Shown here piece after piece: positions 45,390 to 57,929 of a DNA stretch of 64,000 nucleotides. The stretch spans positions 40,364,001 through 40,428,000 of the forward strand of contig CM052816.1 in assembly GCA_028534125.1 (NCBI GenBank). Direction: 5' to 3'. Position numbers and translations under genes: made by a program. The notes under the pieces were generated by a model that did no database searches, had not been told where the DNA came from, and was given only the letters and a program-made list of their open reading frames with translations. The stretch's first letter is position 1; each line of letters begins with the position of its first letter. This DNA is from Lama glama. Its lineage: Eukaryota.

Positions 45390-46180
45390 ACAGCACGACT
45401 GGAATTTAGAACCCCAATTATATCATGTCCATGCAAACTAATAGAAATTTCTATTATTTCCCTCCTTTTTTTTTACACAAATAATAGCACACTATCTTAT
45501 GTTTTTTGGTACATCTTCTTTTTACTTAAAAATACATCTTGGAAATTCTTCCATAACAATGTATGAAGACCTTCCTTTTTTTCCTTTTTCGTAAATACAT
45601 TATTTTCCATCATGTGAAGGAATCATAATTTAAACTACCGGCCTCTTGTTGATAGATCTTCTGTTTGTTTCCAGTCCTTTACCTTTATAAACAGTGCTGC
45701 AACAGGTAACCTTCCACATAAATCATTTTGCACATGTGTGAGCATATCTGTAGGTTGACTTCCTAAACTGGAATTGCTCAGTCAAAGGTATGTGCCTTGA
45801 CTATAAAAACTATCAAATTACCCTCCATCAGTATTCTGTTTTGGGATTTTGTCATTTTACAAGAAAAATGCTATCTCAGAATACTTTTAGTTGGCATTTC
45901 GCATATAATGACTGAAGTTAGCCTTACCTTTATATGTTGAGTCATATGTATTTCATTTTCTTTGACTTTTCTGATACTCTTTGCTTCCCTTTTATCAGCT
46001 TTCAGTCTATTTATTACCATTTTTCAGGAACATTTTATTTATCATAGATTTAGCCCTCGGCTTTTGATAACAGTTAACAATTTTCCCCCCTTCTTTTGTC
46101 ATTTGCTTCTAATTTCTGCTTATGGTGGTTTGTTTTCAGGCAGAATTTCTATTTATTTTTAATTTTGATACAGTTAGAAA
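45390..46180 (-). mobile_element. Ancient L1ME-type 3' fragment
   Basis: TTTTTACTTAAAAATACATCTTGGAAATTCTTCCAT and TGTTTCCAGTCCTTTACCTTTATAAACAGTGCTGCAAC...TCCTAAACTGGAATTGCT. Confidence 0.65.
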
Positions 46181-46994
46181 TTAAACAAGTTTAATTATTC
46201 CATATGTTCTTTTAGCACATGTCACAGTCCTACTCTTAAAATTTTCAGAATTCAGTGAAAATGAAGATGAACCCAACAAAATGATAAAATGAGCAATATA
46301 TAATAAGGTGGAGGGAAGTAAAGGGTATTATATGAGTATTTCTCTGCTCATCTCTATGCAACCTGACATAATCAATAAGGCTGTACTTACTATACTTATA
46401 ACATAATATTATTACATGCTTTACATCAAATTTTCACTAAGCTAATAAAAATTCTCTCAGGTTGATTTTTCTTTGTAATATAGTTCCAGTCTCCTCCAGC
46501 ATAAACACAGGCTACTTAACTTGAAGTCTTTAGCAGTTACTAGTTTGAATCTTCAGTGAATATCTGATTTAATGTAATCTCCTGGGTCCTTTTAGGACCT
46601 GGAATGTTCCGTTGATATTTACCAAATTAATGATATAAGTGGCATAAGAAGTATCTAAGTTCTCTGAATCAGAGTTTTCTGTAGTGCAAGAGTTTATGGA
46701 AGCATTAGGCCAATTGCTCTGAAAAAGCAATGTGTGCCAAAAGGAAGATGGTAGCCTAGGAGAACATATCTCTCTTGATAAGAATTCAGAGTAAGCTTCT
46801 GAATTTACTAACAGATGGCAACACTGCCACCTGTATTTTTGGCATATGTAACATTGAGTTCTTCTTCAACTGCCATATAGTCTTTGTATATTTCTAAATT
46901 TGTCTATTCAGACATCTTAAAGTGCTACCTGTGTTCTCAAATAAAACATATCATTCTAGGGTAAATTCCTGCATCCATGGTAATCATTACAAAG

Positions 46995-47200
46995 AATGGT
47001 AGTAACAAGTTTAAAGCCATTTACTAAGCAAATACTGTGCACCAGATTCTTTATTTTATCTCTAACTGCATAACAATCTCCAGAATTTTTCAAATACTGA
47101 AACTGCACTAGAAATAGCAAATACCTTGCTTAATTTAATGTTAGTCTGTAATAGATCGGGGATTCGAATCTATGCCATTCTGATTCCAAACTATTTTTCA
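46995..47200 (-). mobile_element. MIR remnant
   Basis: CCATTTACTAAGC...TACTGTGCACCAG...GATCGGGGATTCGAATCT...TCTGATTCCAAA. Confidence 0.5.
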
Positions 47201-47429
47201 TCCCACCATAACCTTCTCAGAATTTTTTCATCAAATTAAAATTTAATAGTGCACACTTAAGTTTTATAAAAAGATAAAGTTAAGAAACTATGTGATTGCA
47301 CCTAATTACTGTATTTTTCAGCAATATTTGTGGAAGACACTATTACTTACATTTTGCTAATTCTTGTACAATAATGAAATAAATTTCCTTAATGAATTAC
47401 TTGCTGTAAAAATGTGTATTTTAAACTTT

Positions 47430-48272
47430 ATGTCAAGCAGTATTTGGCATAAAATAGAAACCATTCAGATGGTTTAAATAAGTGTACTTTAAAAATGGGG
47501 CTGGTTAGTTAAAGATGTATAAAATAAACCATGTGTCTTAGTCTGTTCAAGCTGCTAGAACAGAATACCATAGATTGGGTTGCTTATAAACAACAGAAAA
47601 TTATTTCTCACAATTTGAAGACTGGGAAGGCCAAGATCAAGGTGCAGGAAAATTTGATGTCTTGTAGGAGCCCATTTTCTGGTTATAGACAGCCATCCTC
47701 ATATGGTGAAATGGATAACGATCTCTTTGGAGTCTCTTTTATAAGGGCCCTAATCCCATTTGAGAGGGCCCCACTCTCATAACCTAGTCACACTGCAAAT
47801 ATCCCATCTCCAAATAGCATCACGCTGCACTTTAGGTTTCTACATATGGATAGAGGCACACAAATGTTCAGTCTATAGCACACAGGATTGAGATACCTAT
47901 CCAAAGATACCAACAGAGGAAAACATTACCCTGCCCCTTCAGGATCAAAAACTAAAGAAGGGGAAATGGTAAGAGCTAGAGCCAGGATAAAGATCTGCTT
48001 AATGGTCAGTAAACTCACGGCACAAGGTAGCTTTAGCCAGAGAAACAGCTCTGAAATAGGGAGAGACCTGGAAGGAAGTGTTATAAGTTCTCTCCTTTCT
48101 TATTTCATTGTCATTGGCTAACTCTTAATTATAAACCATCTGGTCAGAAAGCCCATATGAACCAATCCATAGGTGTCAGCCTCCTAATGTGTAGAAGAGG
48201 GAAAAGATGCGTGGAAAACAGATTAAGATGGTATATGGGGCACAGGGGGAGTCAAATCAAAACAACCAATTC
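47430..48272 (-). mobile_element. Old ERVL-type LTR (LTR33-like) hosting an MLT1A
   Basis: CATTGGCTAACT...AAAGCCCATATGAACCAATCCATAGGTGTCAGCCTCCT resembles the LTR33-group minus strand. Confidence 0.45.
47534..47880 (-). mobile_element. ERVL-MaLR solo LTR (MLT1A/MLT1A0)
   Basis: TGTCTTAGTCTGTTCAAGCTGCT...CTTATAAACAACAGAAAATTATTTCTCACA...TCTCTTTTATAAGGGCCCTAATCCCATT...TTCAGTCTATAGCA. Confidence 0.88.
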
Positions 48273-48629
48273 AAGCTTTAAAATTAATAATAATATGAAA
48301 TGATAGAAATAATATAAAACTAATAATACAAAATATGAAATTAAATAAAACAAATACTTTCACAGATCACACATGATAATACAAACATTATTCTATTTAA
48401 AGCCTTAAAATGAAAGTTTTGTATTATAAAATCAATAAACAAAATTACAATATCTATACTTGGCAATATACATATTGCCTTGTCTTCTTTTTTTCTTTCA
48501 CAAACTGAATAATGTTAGTAGATCTCATTTAGATAAAACTACTGGATGACAACATATTAACTTGCCCATATTTAATGGCCTTTGAGAAAAGAGAAGGGAA
48601 CCATAGGCTATTAAAAATGAAGGAGCAAC

Positions 48630-49360
48630 CCCATTAATTTTCACTAATGAGGAAATGGAAACCTAGACAAGTTATATAACTTGTCCCAGTATCAAATTTA
48701 AGATTAGAACCCAGATCTCTTGATGGTTGTTCTGTTCTTTTGTTTTAAACCCAAGAGATTTCTCCTATGTAAAGAGCATTTTCTAACTGGGTCCTCATGA
48801 AAAATTCTAAGCAGGAACACACATGGTTAAGGGACATCTGAAATTTGAGTACTGTGGCAGGAAAATTCTCAAAAGATGAGGCTACAAGTCTTTAAACTAT
48901 AATATAGTGTTTAGTCTTATCCTAAAGGCAATACTTGTCCTTTGATCGGTTCCAAATTGTGTAATCATATGATCAGTTCTGTATTTGAGAATGTTCTTTT
49001 TGGCTGCTGGTTGAAAAACTGATTTGATAGGGCAAGGCTGGAGGTAGGGAGTTCAGATAGGAGAAAACGAGTGCTTATGGTGTTGATAAGAGGATCAGAG
49101 AACAAGCCATATTTGAGAGTCACCATTAAGTTGCATGGAATCAACATGATTTGTCAGTTGATTGGGAGAGGGAACAGATTAAGTATAACTTCCATGTTTC
49201 TGGATTATAAAACTAAGTGGATGGTGGTTGTCATTCACTCAGATTGGAAGTGAACTGGTGTATATAGGTGTGAATAGAGGGTAAAGAATTCCATTCTAGA
49301 TATGCCAAAAGTGAAGTGACTTTAGCTTAGTTATACAGGAATTGATTTTGAAATAATACA
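48630..49360 (-). mobile_element. MIR followed by LINE-2 remnants
   Basis: ATGAGGAAATGGAAACCTAGACAAGTTATATAACTTGTCC (MIR). TATGATCAGTTCTGTATTTGAGAATGTTCTTTTGGCTGCTGG...GGGCAAGGCTGGAGGTAGGGAG (L2). Confidence 0.6.
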
Positions 49361-49404
49361 TAGAATTTTCAAGCATTCACATACGACTCAGAAGTCTTTG
49401 AGCC

Positions 49405-49520
49405 CTTGGATTGTTTTAAATGATCCCTGAGCAACCTAAAACAGTAAACAAGCATAAGATATGTGTGTACACACATTTCTAGGAGAGAGCTGATTAATTT
49501 TCATCAGATTCCCAAAAGAT
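49405..49520. mobile_element. hAT-Charlie fragment (MER103-like)
   Basis: ACATTTCTAGGAGAGAGCTGATTAATTTTCATCAGATTCCCAAAAG. Confidence 0.5.
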
Positions 49521-50199
49521 TCTCTTGCCTATTAGTGTTTTCTGTAGTCTTGCAAAGGAATAAAATCACTTATAATCTGGGAGAAGTTAATAGATAAATG
49601 TAGAGGAGTGCCTGTATTATACTTTGGACTAATTTGTTTTCTATATTGAATGACATTTTATGAAGCTACACAATGTATGAGCAATATCAAGTTTAGTCAA
49701 GAGTAACATGTTTGACACACTTTTGATTCTATCCTGATCCAAATATTTAAAAATCTTGGGCCTACAAAGTGCCAGAGACACTTTATATAGTTCATAAGCA
49801 TTTTCAACCAGGCACTAAGCTAGAAAAAAGTAACTCCCTTATTATGACATAAAAGGTCTTTTTTAAAAAGTATTTAAAAAAATATTATAATTGAACTTTT
49901 CCAGTAGTAGGCCACCAGTATGTCAGTGGGCCACTTTTGTGGATGTGGGTTCCGCAGGGAGATGCCTGTGGGATAAGACCCTATGTTGTTTATGCAGGAA
50001 TCACGTATTTCTTTTATTTAGACCTCTCTGCTGCTCACATGAGAGTAAACTTGCTTTCGCTGATGATAAAGTAATATCTCCTTCCTTCTCATGTATCTTG
50101 CTAAAAGATGCAGAGTAAACAATCCAAAAAACTGAGGTGCTGACCTAGTATGATGAGGAACTCTTTCTAGTATGGCCATAAGTCATTTCTTAGAGTGTA

Positions 50200-50545
50200 C
50201 ATATAGTAGAAAGTAAGTATGCATTTATTGACATTATTCTGTGTGTTAGACAATGTTTATCACTAGCAGTAGTCAACACAACATAGTTTCTGATTTCATA
50301 GAATTTATAATCTAACAGGGGATACGTACAAGTAAAAAGTAATTCTATTGTTATTTTGTATGTTATTATATCAGAAAAGTAGTAAGGGTTTTAAGAGTGT
50401 TCATCAAAAAGCATGTCATGTGCTCTTTGGGGTTTCTCAGAGAAACCAATATCTGAGTCTGGGCTTTATCTAATTGGGCAGACATTGAATGGTTTTAAGC
50501 AAAGGACAGATATAATCAGATATGACTTTAGAAAGAACAGTAGTG
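50200..50545 (-). mobile_element. LINE-2 remnant
   Basis: GCATTTATTGACATTATTCTGTGTGTTAGAC...CATAGAATTTATAATCTAAC...CATTGAATGGTTTTAAGCAAAG. Confidence 0.6.
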
Positions 50546-50758
50546 TGTCAACAATTCTTGCAACATTAGTACTTCTGCTTACAGTCATGTTGAGTTTAAT
50601 TCCCAGTATTGCAGCCTGAATGGCAATAGGGGAAAAAAGCAAAAAGGCAGTAATTCTTGGCCTCCAGGTATGTGAGAATGATAGTAAAAAAATTTCTGGT
50701 TCTAAGTGTTACCACTGCTACCCAGAATCTTAGTTAGGATTACATTTAATGGCATATG

Positions 50759-50842
50759 TAGGATGACCATATGTTCAGTTTGTCTGGGACAGCTGTTTGT
50801 ACTCACAAGCATTGTCTAGACTCAAAATATATGGTCACCTTT
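50759..50842. mobile_element. hAT-Blackjack MITE (MER94/MER81-like)
   Basis: Terminal inverted repeats GGATGACCATAT ... ATATGGTCACCT with internal GTTTGTCTGGGACAG. Confidence 0.65.
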
Positions 50843-50877
50843 ATAAAATCCCTAAATAACTGTGGATTAAGCTAAAT

Positions 50878-51402
50878 ATGTGTTCCATTCTGAGCCAAGT
50901 CAGAAAACTAAATTAGGCATTTCAACATGAGAAAATTGTATATAAGATTGTTTTAATTAAGGTATCACAGAGATGGCGATTCCAGATAGCAACTACCATC
51001 CTTAGAGCTGGGTAATCAAAGAGAGGCGATTGAAATTATTACAGTTTAGTAGCTTGGGGAAGAGACCCCATGAAGTTGAAAACCAGATATCTGAGAGGGG
51101 AGCATTGACCACTAGGTGCTGTTGTCTCTGAGGGCCTGTGATGGGGCTGATTCTTCAAGTGGGGAGAAAAACGCAAAGTAGATTAAATTGCTGGAACTAC
51201 TGGAACCATCTGCCTGCCAAATGTGAAAATGCTGGGCTGGGGTGAATCAGACAGAAGCAGGAAGTAGACTGAAAGCTCAAAGGAAGCAAACAGCCTCCAG
51301 CCTTGCAGGCTCCCTCTAGCTCCTCCTGTTGGCAGAGCCTAACTGGCCGTGCAGCCTGGCAAAGCAGAAATGGGGTTTGCAGTCCTAACCCCAGAACCGC
51401 AC
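50878..51402 (-). mobile_element. Ancient LTR (LTR78/LTR79-like)
   Basis: CCTCCAGCCTTGCAGGCTCCCTCTAGCTCCTCCTGTTGGCAGAGCCTAAC...CTGGCAAAGCAGAAATGGGGTTTGCAG. Confidence 0.65.
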
Positions 51403-54400
51403 ACTCATTTACTGCTCATTTACTGGCATATTGGAAAATGCTTACATTGGACAATAGGGATTATGTTTGATGGGATTTTAAAATTTGGGCCTATGTAGTT
51501 GAGGATGTCAGAGTATTAGAACCATTAACTGTGTTTTTGCTTCAAAATCTATCTTAAAAGGAATATATATATTAAATATTGGATTAAATAGTATAGTGCA
51601 AGTAAAATACTTTCTATATGAACCTTTTAAGTCATTTTTTTACACTAATTTACTTAATCTGCTTTTCTGTATGTGAAATTATTTGGCTTAAGTGTAGTAG
51701 GCATATTCTTTTAAGTGATCGGTTTTTGCAAAACTAAAATTTGCTGTGCTCTGTTTTTACTGCAGATATACATGCACACATAGATATGATTTGAGGTATA
51801 AGAAACACGTTAGTAAGGCTGATTGAATTTTCACCTCTTTTGCAAGCATGGCCATGTTTCTTACTTTGCATGTCCTTCAGGCCTCATCAGAGCACAAAGT
51901 TTCAAGTGACTTCAAAGGGTTTCCTGCACTCAGATCAGCTCTATGGGGCATGTAGGAAGACGAGAAATGAACCAACACTAGAGGTGCAATGAAAGGTAAA
52001 AATCCTAGCACTACTACAACACTTGAGCTGAGCAGCAGACTAAATTACTGCACCTGGATATAGGGATCTCATGGGTTCATGAAGGAAAAGATGGTAAGCA
52101 TTTAAGGCAGAAAGTAAATTTATTTTTTATTCATTGAATTTAGGGAAAGTGTTCCTCCAAACATAGATAACATTTAGTTATTATTATTATGAAAATCTGT
52201 CAGCTTTCTTGTTTAGAGAGGGAAATAACAGATAAATGTAAATGATCAAAATTAAAAGGAAAATATAGTACCTTGCTGTGGTGCTTACCTGTAGGACAAC
52301 AGGCATTCCACATATGCTATTTGGATGAAAACAGGTCCTTCCACATCTGATATATTTTTTGTAATCTTTATAGTTACAGTGTTAAGAGCTCTAGGGATAT
52401 TGAGGAATTGACAACAAACCCAAACACATATAAAAGAAATCCTGTATCCATTTGTATCAGCCTCTCTCTTCTCTGCAAGATTGGGCATGGGAAAGGGAAG
52501 GAAGAATAGGTACCAAATGAAGGTGGAATTCAGATGCTATTTCCTCTGACACAAATTCTTACATTAACTCCTTATAAATCATCAAGAATAAAGTTTAACA
52601 CGGTTTTTACGTACATAGAAATATTAAGAAAAGCTAATATCACAGAGTGAAGTGGTTTATGGTTTTAGGTAGATTGTGTATGCATTTGATAAAAATTATG
52701 AAGACTTGAGTTTTTGAGAGCTTATTTATTCATATAATTCTGATTTGATAATCATCAGTCTGAAATTCCTTTTCCAGAATCAGGATTTTTATTCCCTATC
52801 AATTCAAATATTTGATCTTGTGGATTTTTAAACTTTTCCTTTATTTTCTGAGGTTTTTCCCTTTCGCAGTTATCACGTTAAGGGTTCTTAGAGCTCATAT
52901 TGATATTACTTTACAGTTAATTGATAACGGCCTGGGATTAGGAACCATCAGAGACTTTTGGAAAGCTACTATAAGCAGGAACAAGTTTCTCTTCTGCTTT
53001 TAGCTAAATGACATAAGATATCTTTTGAATATGAACACAAGAGCAGCCGTACCTCATTCTTTATGCTTATCCTTGATCAACATTCCCACTGGAATATCAC
53101 TTCATCTGGAATTGACAGTAAAGATTGAGTGAGATATATATTAAGATCAACAAAATTAATTCTTAAAATTATTAATTCTCCTGTCATGTCTAAAATGATT
53201 GCTTGTAAAACAAAATTACATGGACGTATTGTTTAAGACCAGCCATGTTCCATCACTCTTTCTCACCATCCCAATACTTTCTCTGTAATGCTTGAGCAAT
53301 CACTCTGTCTAGTTTGTGTATTCTGTAGTCTGCTTCCCTCCCTGTTATCAGGGTCCACTTTTACTAGAGATTTAGAATATTACTAGTAGCTGGGATGAAA
53401 TTATGTGGTTAGAAGAGATTTTCTATAATTGGCAAAAGATTTCCTCCTCCACAGTGCTAAGTTTTTTTGGTTTTTTTTTCTTCTTTAATTCTGGGATTTG
53501 ACTTCTCGGTACCATTTGAAGTTTACAGTGTTTTGTACCTCTGGCAATTTTCCAAATGCCTGACAGTTCAACTGGTTTCTCATTGCAGCCACTGCTGCCA
53601 CCTTGTTCTCTACTTTTACTTTTTGAAATATCCTCCACCCCAGTTTCATATGCAATTCTTTGTAAAGAGACTCTGCTTTTCACCACTCCAAAACCCACAT
53701 CTCCAGATCTGCTCTCTCTTCTTCACGCTCCACTATTTCTGTTTGAGTAATCAACTTTCACCATAAGTTTATTTTATGAACCTTTGAAGGAACAGTGCTG
53801 AAGCCCACCTGTGTGGCCCAAGGACGAGAAGTCTAGATGAGGAAGGAATTCTGTTAAGGCGAAAACAGTAAGATTTTTCCCCAGTCTAGTACCTATGGAT
53901 TTATTATTCATATACTAGTAAAATAAGAAACAAAAATTTAAAAGGAAGTCATTCTAACTGGAGGGTGTACAGAGAGGACAAGGCATCAGTGGTGCCACTG
54001 CCAACAGCCTCAGAAACATCAGGAGCCAGGGTCATCTCCTTTGGTGCCGGTTTTCAGAATTCCTTGTTAACACTTCTGGCACAGTCAGTCATTGACGGAA
54101 TTAGCAGCGCTCTCAGTACCTTCCAGTGTACTAGCAAAACAGCCCCTTCAATAGACACTGGCAAGAATTTCAATAATTTGCTTCAGAGGGCTTGATTTTA
54201 AAAACTGGAAGTAACTAGAAAAATGATAGCTGTCATATGAATCACACTTAAGAGGTCTAGAATTTGGAGCACAGTTAAAAGACCCTACAGCAACGTGCAA
54301 AACTGGGTGGAGATTGAGAGGCATTTTTGGAATTCTTATATAATGTGCAGGAATGGAATGAAAATAATACTATATTGTCACATTTATTGTAGCTCGTTTA

Positions 54401-54730
54401 CTTCTTATCCAGTGTACCTTGTGAGATGCAAGCCACATAAAATTCTTATAGTCCGTCATTCTTGATGTTCTTGATTTTCTTGCTGTGATGGTAAATGGAT
54501 GCTCAGTGGGATTTCATTTCTCTGGGAAGATGCAAACAAGTGTCTCAAGTTGCTAATTTATTCGTCCAAATGCCTCACAGTAGGTAATCTTTGCTTCCTG
54601 CTGTAATGGTTAATATTAGCCATTTCCTCATAGTCTTAACCTAAAATTGCTTTCATTAACATAGATATTCCTTCTTAGTTTCCCCAAATCTATTTGGCAC
54701 TATACTTTTAATATTTTAGGCAAAAGAAAA

Positions 54731-54817
54731 CTTTTTATTGAAGTATAGTTGATTTACAATATTATATGTTTCAGGTGTGCAACATAGTGATTCAATATTC
54801 TTATAGATTACACTTCA
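54731..54817 (-). mobile_element. Very short LINE-1 3' end
   Basis: TTTTTATTGAAGTATAGTTGATTTACAATATTATATGTTTCAGGTGTGCAACATAGTGATTCA. Confidence 0.85.
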
Positions 54818-55886
54818 AGCAAAAATTTTAGAGTCACCTTTGACAACATATTATTGTGACTCTTCATCTCACATGTATGAAATTAGTTATAATTCATATA
54901 ATGTATATAATTGATGCATATCATCGCAAATCACTAACATACAAATCTTAACTCTCACAACCAGAGCATTAATTAGGAACTAACTGTTTTCATTACTATA
55001 TCATAATAGCAGCTTCTTAATAGTCCCCTTACATCTATTTGTTTCCTTTTAAAATTCTTTCTGCTAGCTTAATCTTACCCAAACTAACTTTATCTTGACA
55101 CGTAACAGGAGAAAAATACTTCAATTCTCTACTAAAAGCCTCTAATATCTTTATGTTGTCTATCATATTAAATTTAAATTCCTGCCTGATTTATGTGACT
55201 TTTAAGTAATCTGGTCCTACTTTTTTTTTTCAATTGAGTCCACTGCTTAGAAATTCTCTTAGTGACTTAATAAAGATAGTAAATATATCCTACTGATTTG
55301 GTAAATCCTGCCTCCCCAAGGAGAATGTGAGCTTTACAAGGGAAGGATAATGTTTAGTGCTTCTCTTTATCTTTCACAGACTCTATAATAGTAATAAAAA
55401 GTTTCTAAACAATCTGCAAGATTTATAAATTAACTTAAGAAATAAGGTCAATTTCTAAATGTCTCTGGTATCTATTTCAAATCAATTGAAATCATTTTAA
55501 GTCAAAGGAAATAAAATTTCAAGGCAAAGAATTTATATGGCTCAAGAATTAAATTTTTGATGTCATCCCTATGTTAACTTTCTTTGCCCTTAAATGAGAA
55601 AATTAGCTCACTGTATTTTCTGAAAGACAAATACATTTAAATCATAAATTGCTTAAAGATTTCTTTTCAAATCTCTATTTCATTTAGCAGAAAAATCGCT
55701 TTCTGTTTCACAATAGTTGTGGAAATTCCAATGCACATCTTATAATCCCTTTTATAGTTATCTTCTGCATTGTCACTGCGTATGTCAAGCTCCCGTACAA
55801 AGTTGAATCTATTTAGAATTTAGTAAAACTCAGATGGTGTTTGTATGTTTTGATTGTTTATAACAAATTTTCTTCAATCTGCTTTT

Positions 55887-56049
55887 TTTATAAATTTTTT
55901 TTCTTATTTTATTTTGTTTTTGTTTTTTGGTGGGGGGAGAGTGGATAATTAGGTTTATTATTTATCTTTTTATTGGAGGTACTGGGGATTGAACCCAGGA
56001 CCTCATGCATGGTAAGCAGTCACTTTACCACTGGGCTGTACCTTCCCCC
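55887..56049 (-). mobile_element. tRNA-Ala-derived SINE, camelid Vic-1 type
   Basis: Antisense GGAGGTACTGGGGATTGAACCCAGGACCTCATGCATGGTAAGCA...CCACTGGGCTGTACCTTCCCCC. TSD CAATCT(G/A)CTTTT at 55875-55886 and 56050-56061. Confidence 0.9.
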
Positions 56050-56959
56050 CAATCTACTTTTAAAAATGCATTTTTCTTAATGAATGGAAACTTCTGCTCA
56101 CCTAAGAGCCACCTTATATTTTATCTATCAGTGTCATTATACTGTCACCGTTTTTGAGGTTTACTCACAAATTTCCAGCTGTCATTTTGTCTTGTGTAGA
56201 GGAATGAGTTAATTCATTCAAAAGACCTTGTGACAAGTTAAATCCATTGCTTTTAACACATCGAGATGTATTTGATTTTCTTCCCCACAGTGTGCACTCA
56301 AGTAAATGCTGTGCTGTACCTAATGCTTAACGTGTTGGAGGCCAATTCATTATTTTCACCAAGCAAGTTTCTCATTTTTCAAATACCCCAAAAGTCACAG
56401 TGGTACTTTTCCTTTTTTCTCCTTCACATAATTTGTTGGATATTTGTCTTCTCTGAATATCTTAAAAGTGAGTGAGATTATATATAGCAATAGAGATAGA
56501 GACAGAGACATCTCAGTCATGAGAAAATTCCAACTGTTTCTACATTTTGTTTCTATTGAATTAGTTAATATCTTGTCAGTAAAGGGGGATAAAAATCTAA
56601 GTCAGTAGAAATCTGGAAATGTGGGATCTCCTCCAACTCTACTAAGTGGTGATTGGAAGTAAGTACTTCAGTTGCTTCTCTTTGGTTCTCCATTCCTTCA
56701 TCTGTATAATTAGATTACTGAAGTATCTCCCAGAGGTACTTTTAACATGGAAACTGATCATAATTAAGTCAGTGGGTGGTGGGAAGTCTGTGAGGTGCAT
56801 CTTCAAGGCTGAGCAATCATGGGACTCCCACTAACAGCACTGCCCACAAACGTGGGTTTGTCTCCGATAATCACCTGCCACCTTGCACATAAATTTTGTA
56901 TTGATAAACTAAAAGAACAACAGCTTTTAATCATAGTACTCGAGGTCTACTTATGACAT

Positions 56960-57170
56960 TTATTATTTGCATATGGATGATGAGAATTAGCATTTCTCCT
57001 CACAAGCATTTGAATTTTCCTGAATTCAGCCCCCTTTTTACTAGTGTGGAATAGGAAATCCATTTCATTCCCTGAAAGTGGAATGAGTTTAGGAATGGAG
57101 AAAGAAACTGTATTCCTCTGGCAAGATCCCCTGGGCTGAGATGCCAGCTTCATTTTTCTTCATTGTTCAA
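56960..57170. promoter_or_regulatory. Candidate enhancer with clustered TEAD-type GGAAT cores, octamer and SOX motif
   Basis: ATTTGCAT at 56965-56972. GGAAT/ATTCC cores at ~57048, 57067, 57080, 57092 and 57112. CATTGTT at 57161-57167. Non-repetitive context. Confidence 0.35.
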
Positions 57171-57929
57171 TGTTAATTTGGTTCAGCTTTGTTTGCTGCC
57201 AGTGCAGTGTCATTTGAAATCGAGAAAACAAGAAAAGAAACTGCATCCTAGTAATTCAATATATTTAGCACTTGGAGAATTGCAGACTCCTGAAGGTTTA
57301 ATAATTTATTTATTTCTATTTATGATATAATCATTGGGGGGAAGAGCATTTTAAATTTAGAGAATATTAAACATATCTCTGTAAAATCCTCCACATGATG
57401 TTAACTGCTATACCTATCCAACTCGGTCAGTTGGCTCAGAAATGCATAGCTATCATGTTTTATCTTCTCACGTGGAATTTTTTAAAAATATGAAAATTCT
57501 ACCAACAAATATCTGCCTAAACAGAAGAAATGATTCTATTTTTATAACTTTCCATTGAAATTTAAATGTACAAACACATAATTATTTTGGAATGGATTCT
57601 ACAATAGACTATACGGAGTACACATAAAAGGAGGTACTATTAGTAAAATTATGTTCTGCACGAAACTATTTGGCGTATGGAAAGAAAAGTTATTATAGTG
57701 ATGTTTCCACTAATGATCTGTTTGGTTTACTGCCATAAAAGAATAAGAGCCTATTTTAGGCTTTTATTTCAGTTGCATAAAATTTCCCTCAGAGTTAGAT
57801 TTGTTTAAAAGAATTTTCTGGAATAATAAGCCTTTTTGAAGAAATAGTGTTATTTTAAATACATTTTGAAAGAGGCAGTACTGTCCTGCTATCATTATAT
57901 TAATTGCCACCCAACAACTTTCTCTCTCT

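Noticed and set aside
52284..52360. Minus-strand exon ending CAG|GTAAGC
   Set aside because: The acceptor lacks a pyrimidine tract and no partner exons were found.
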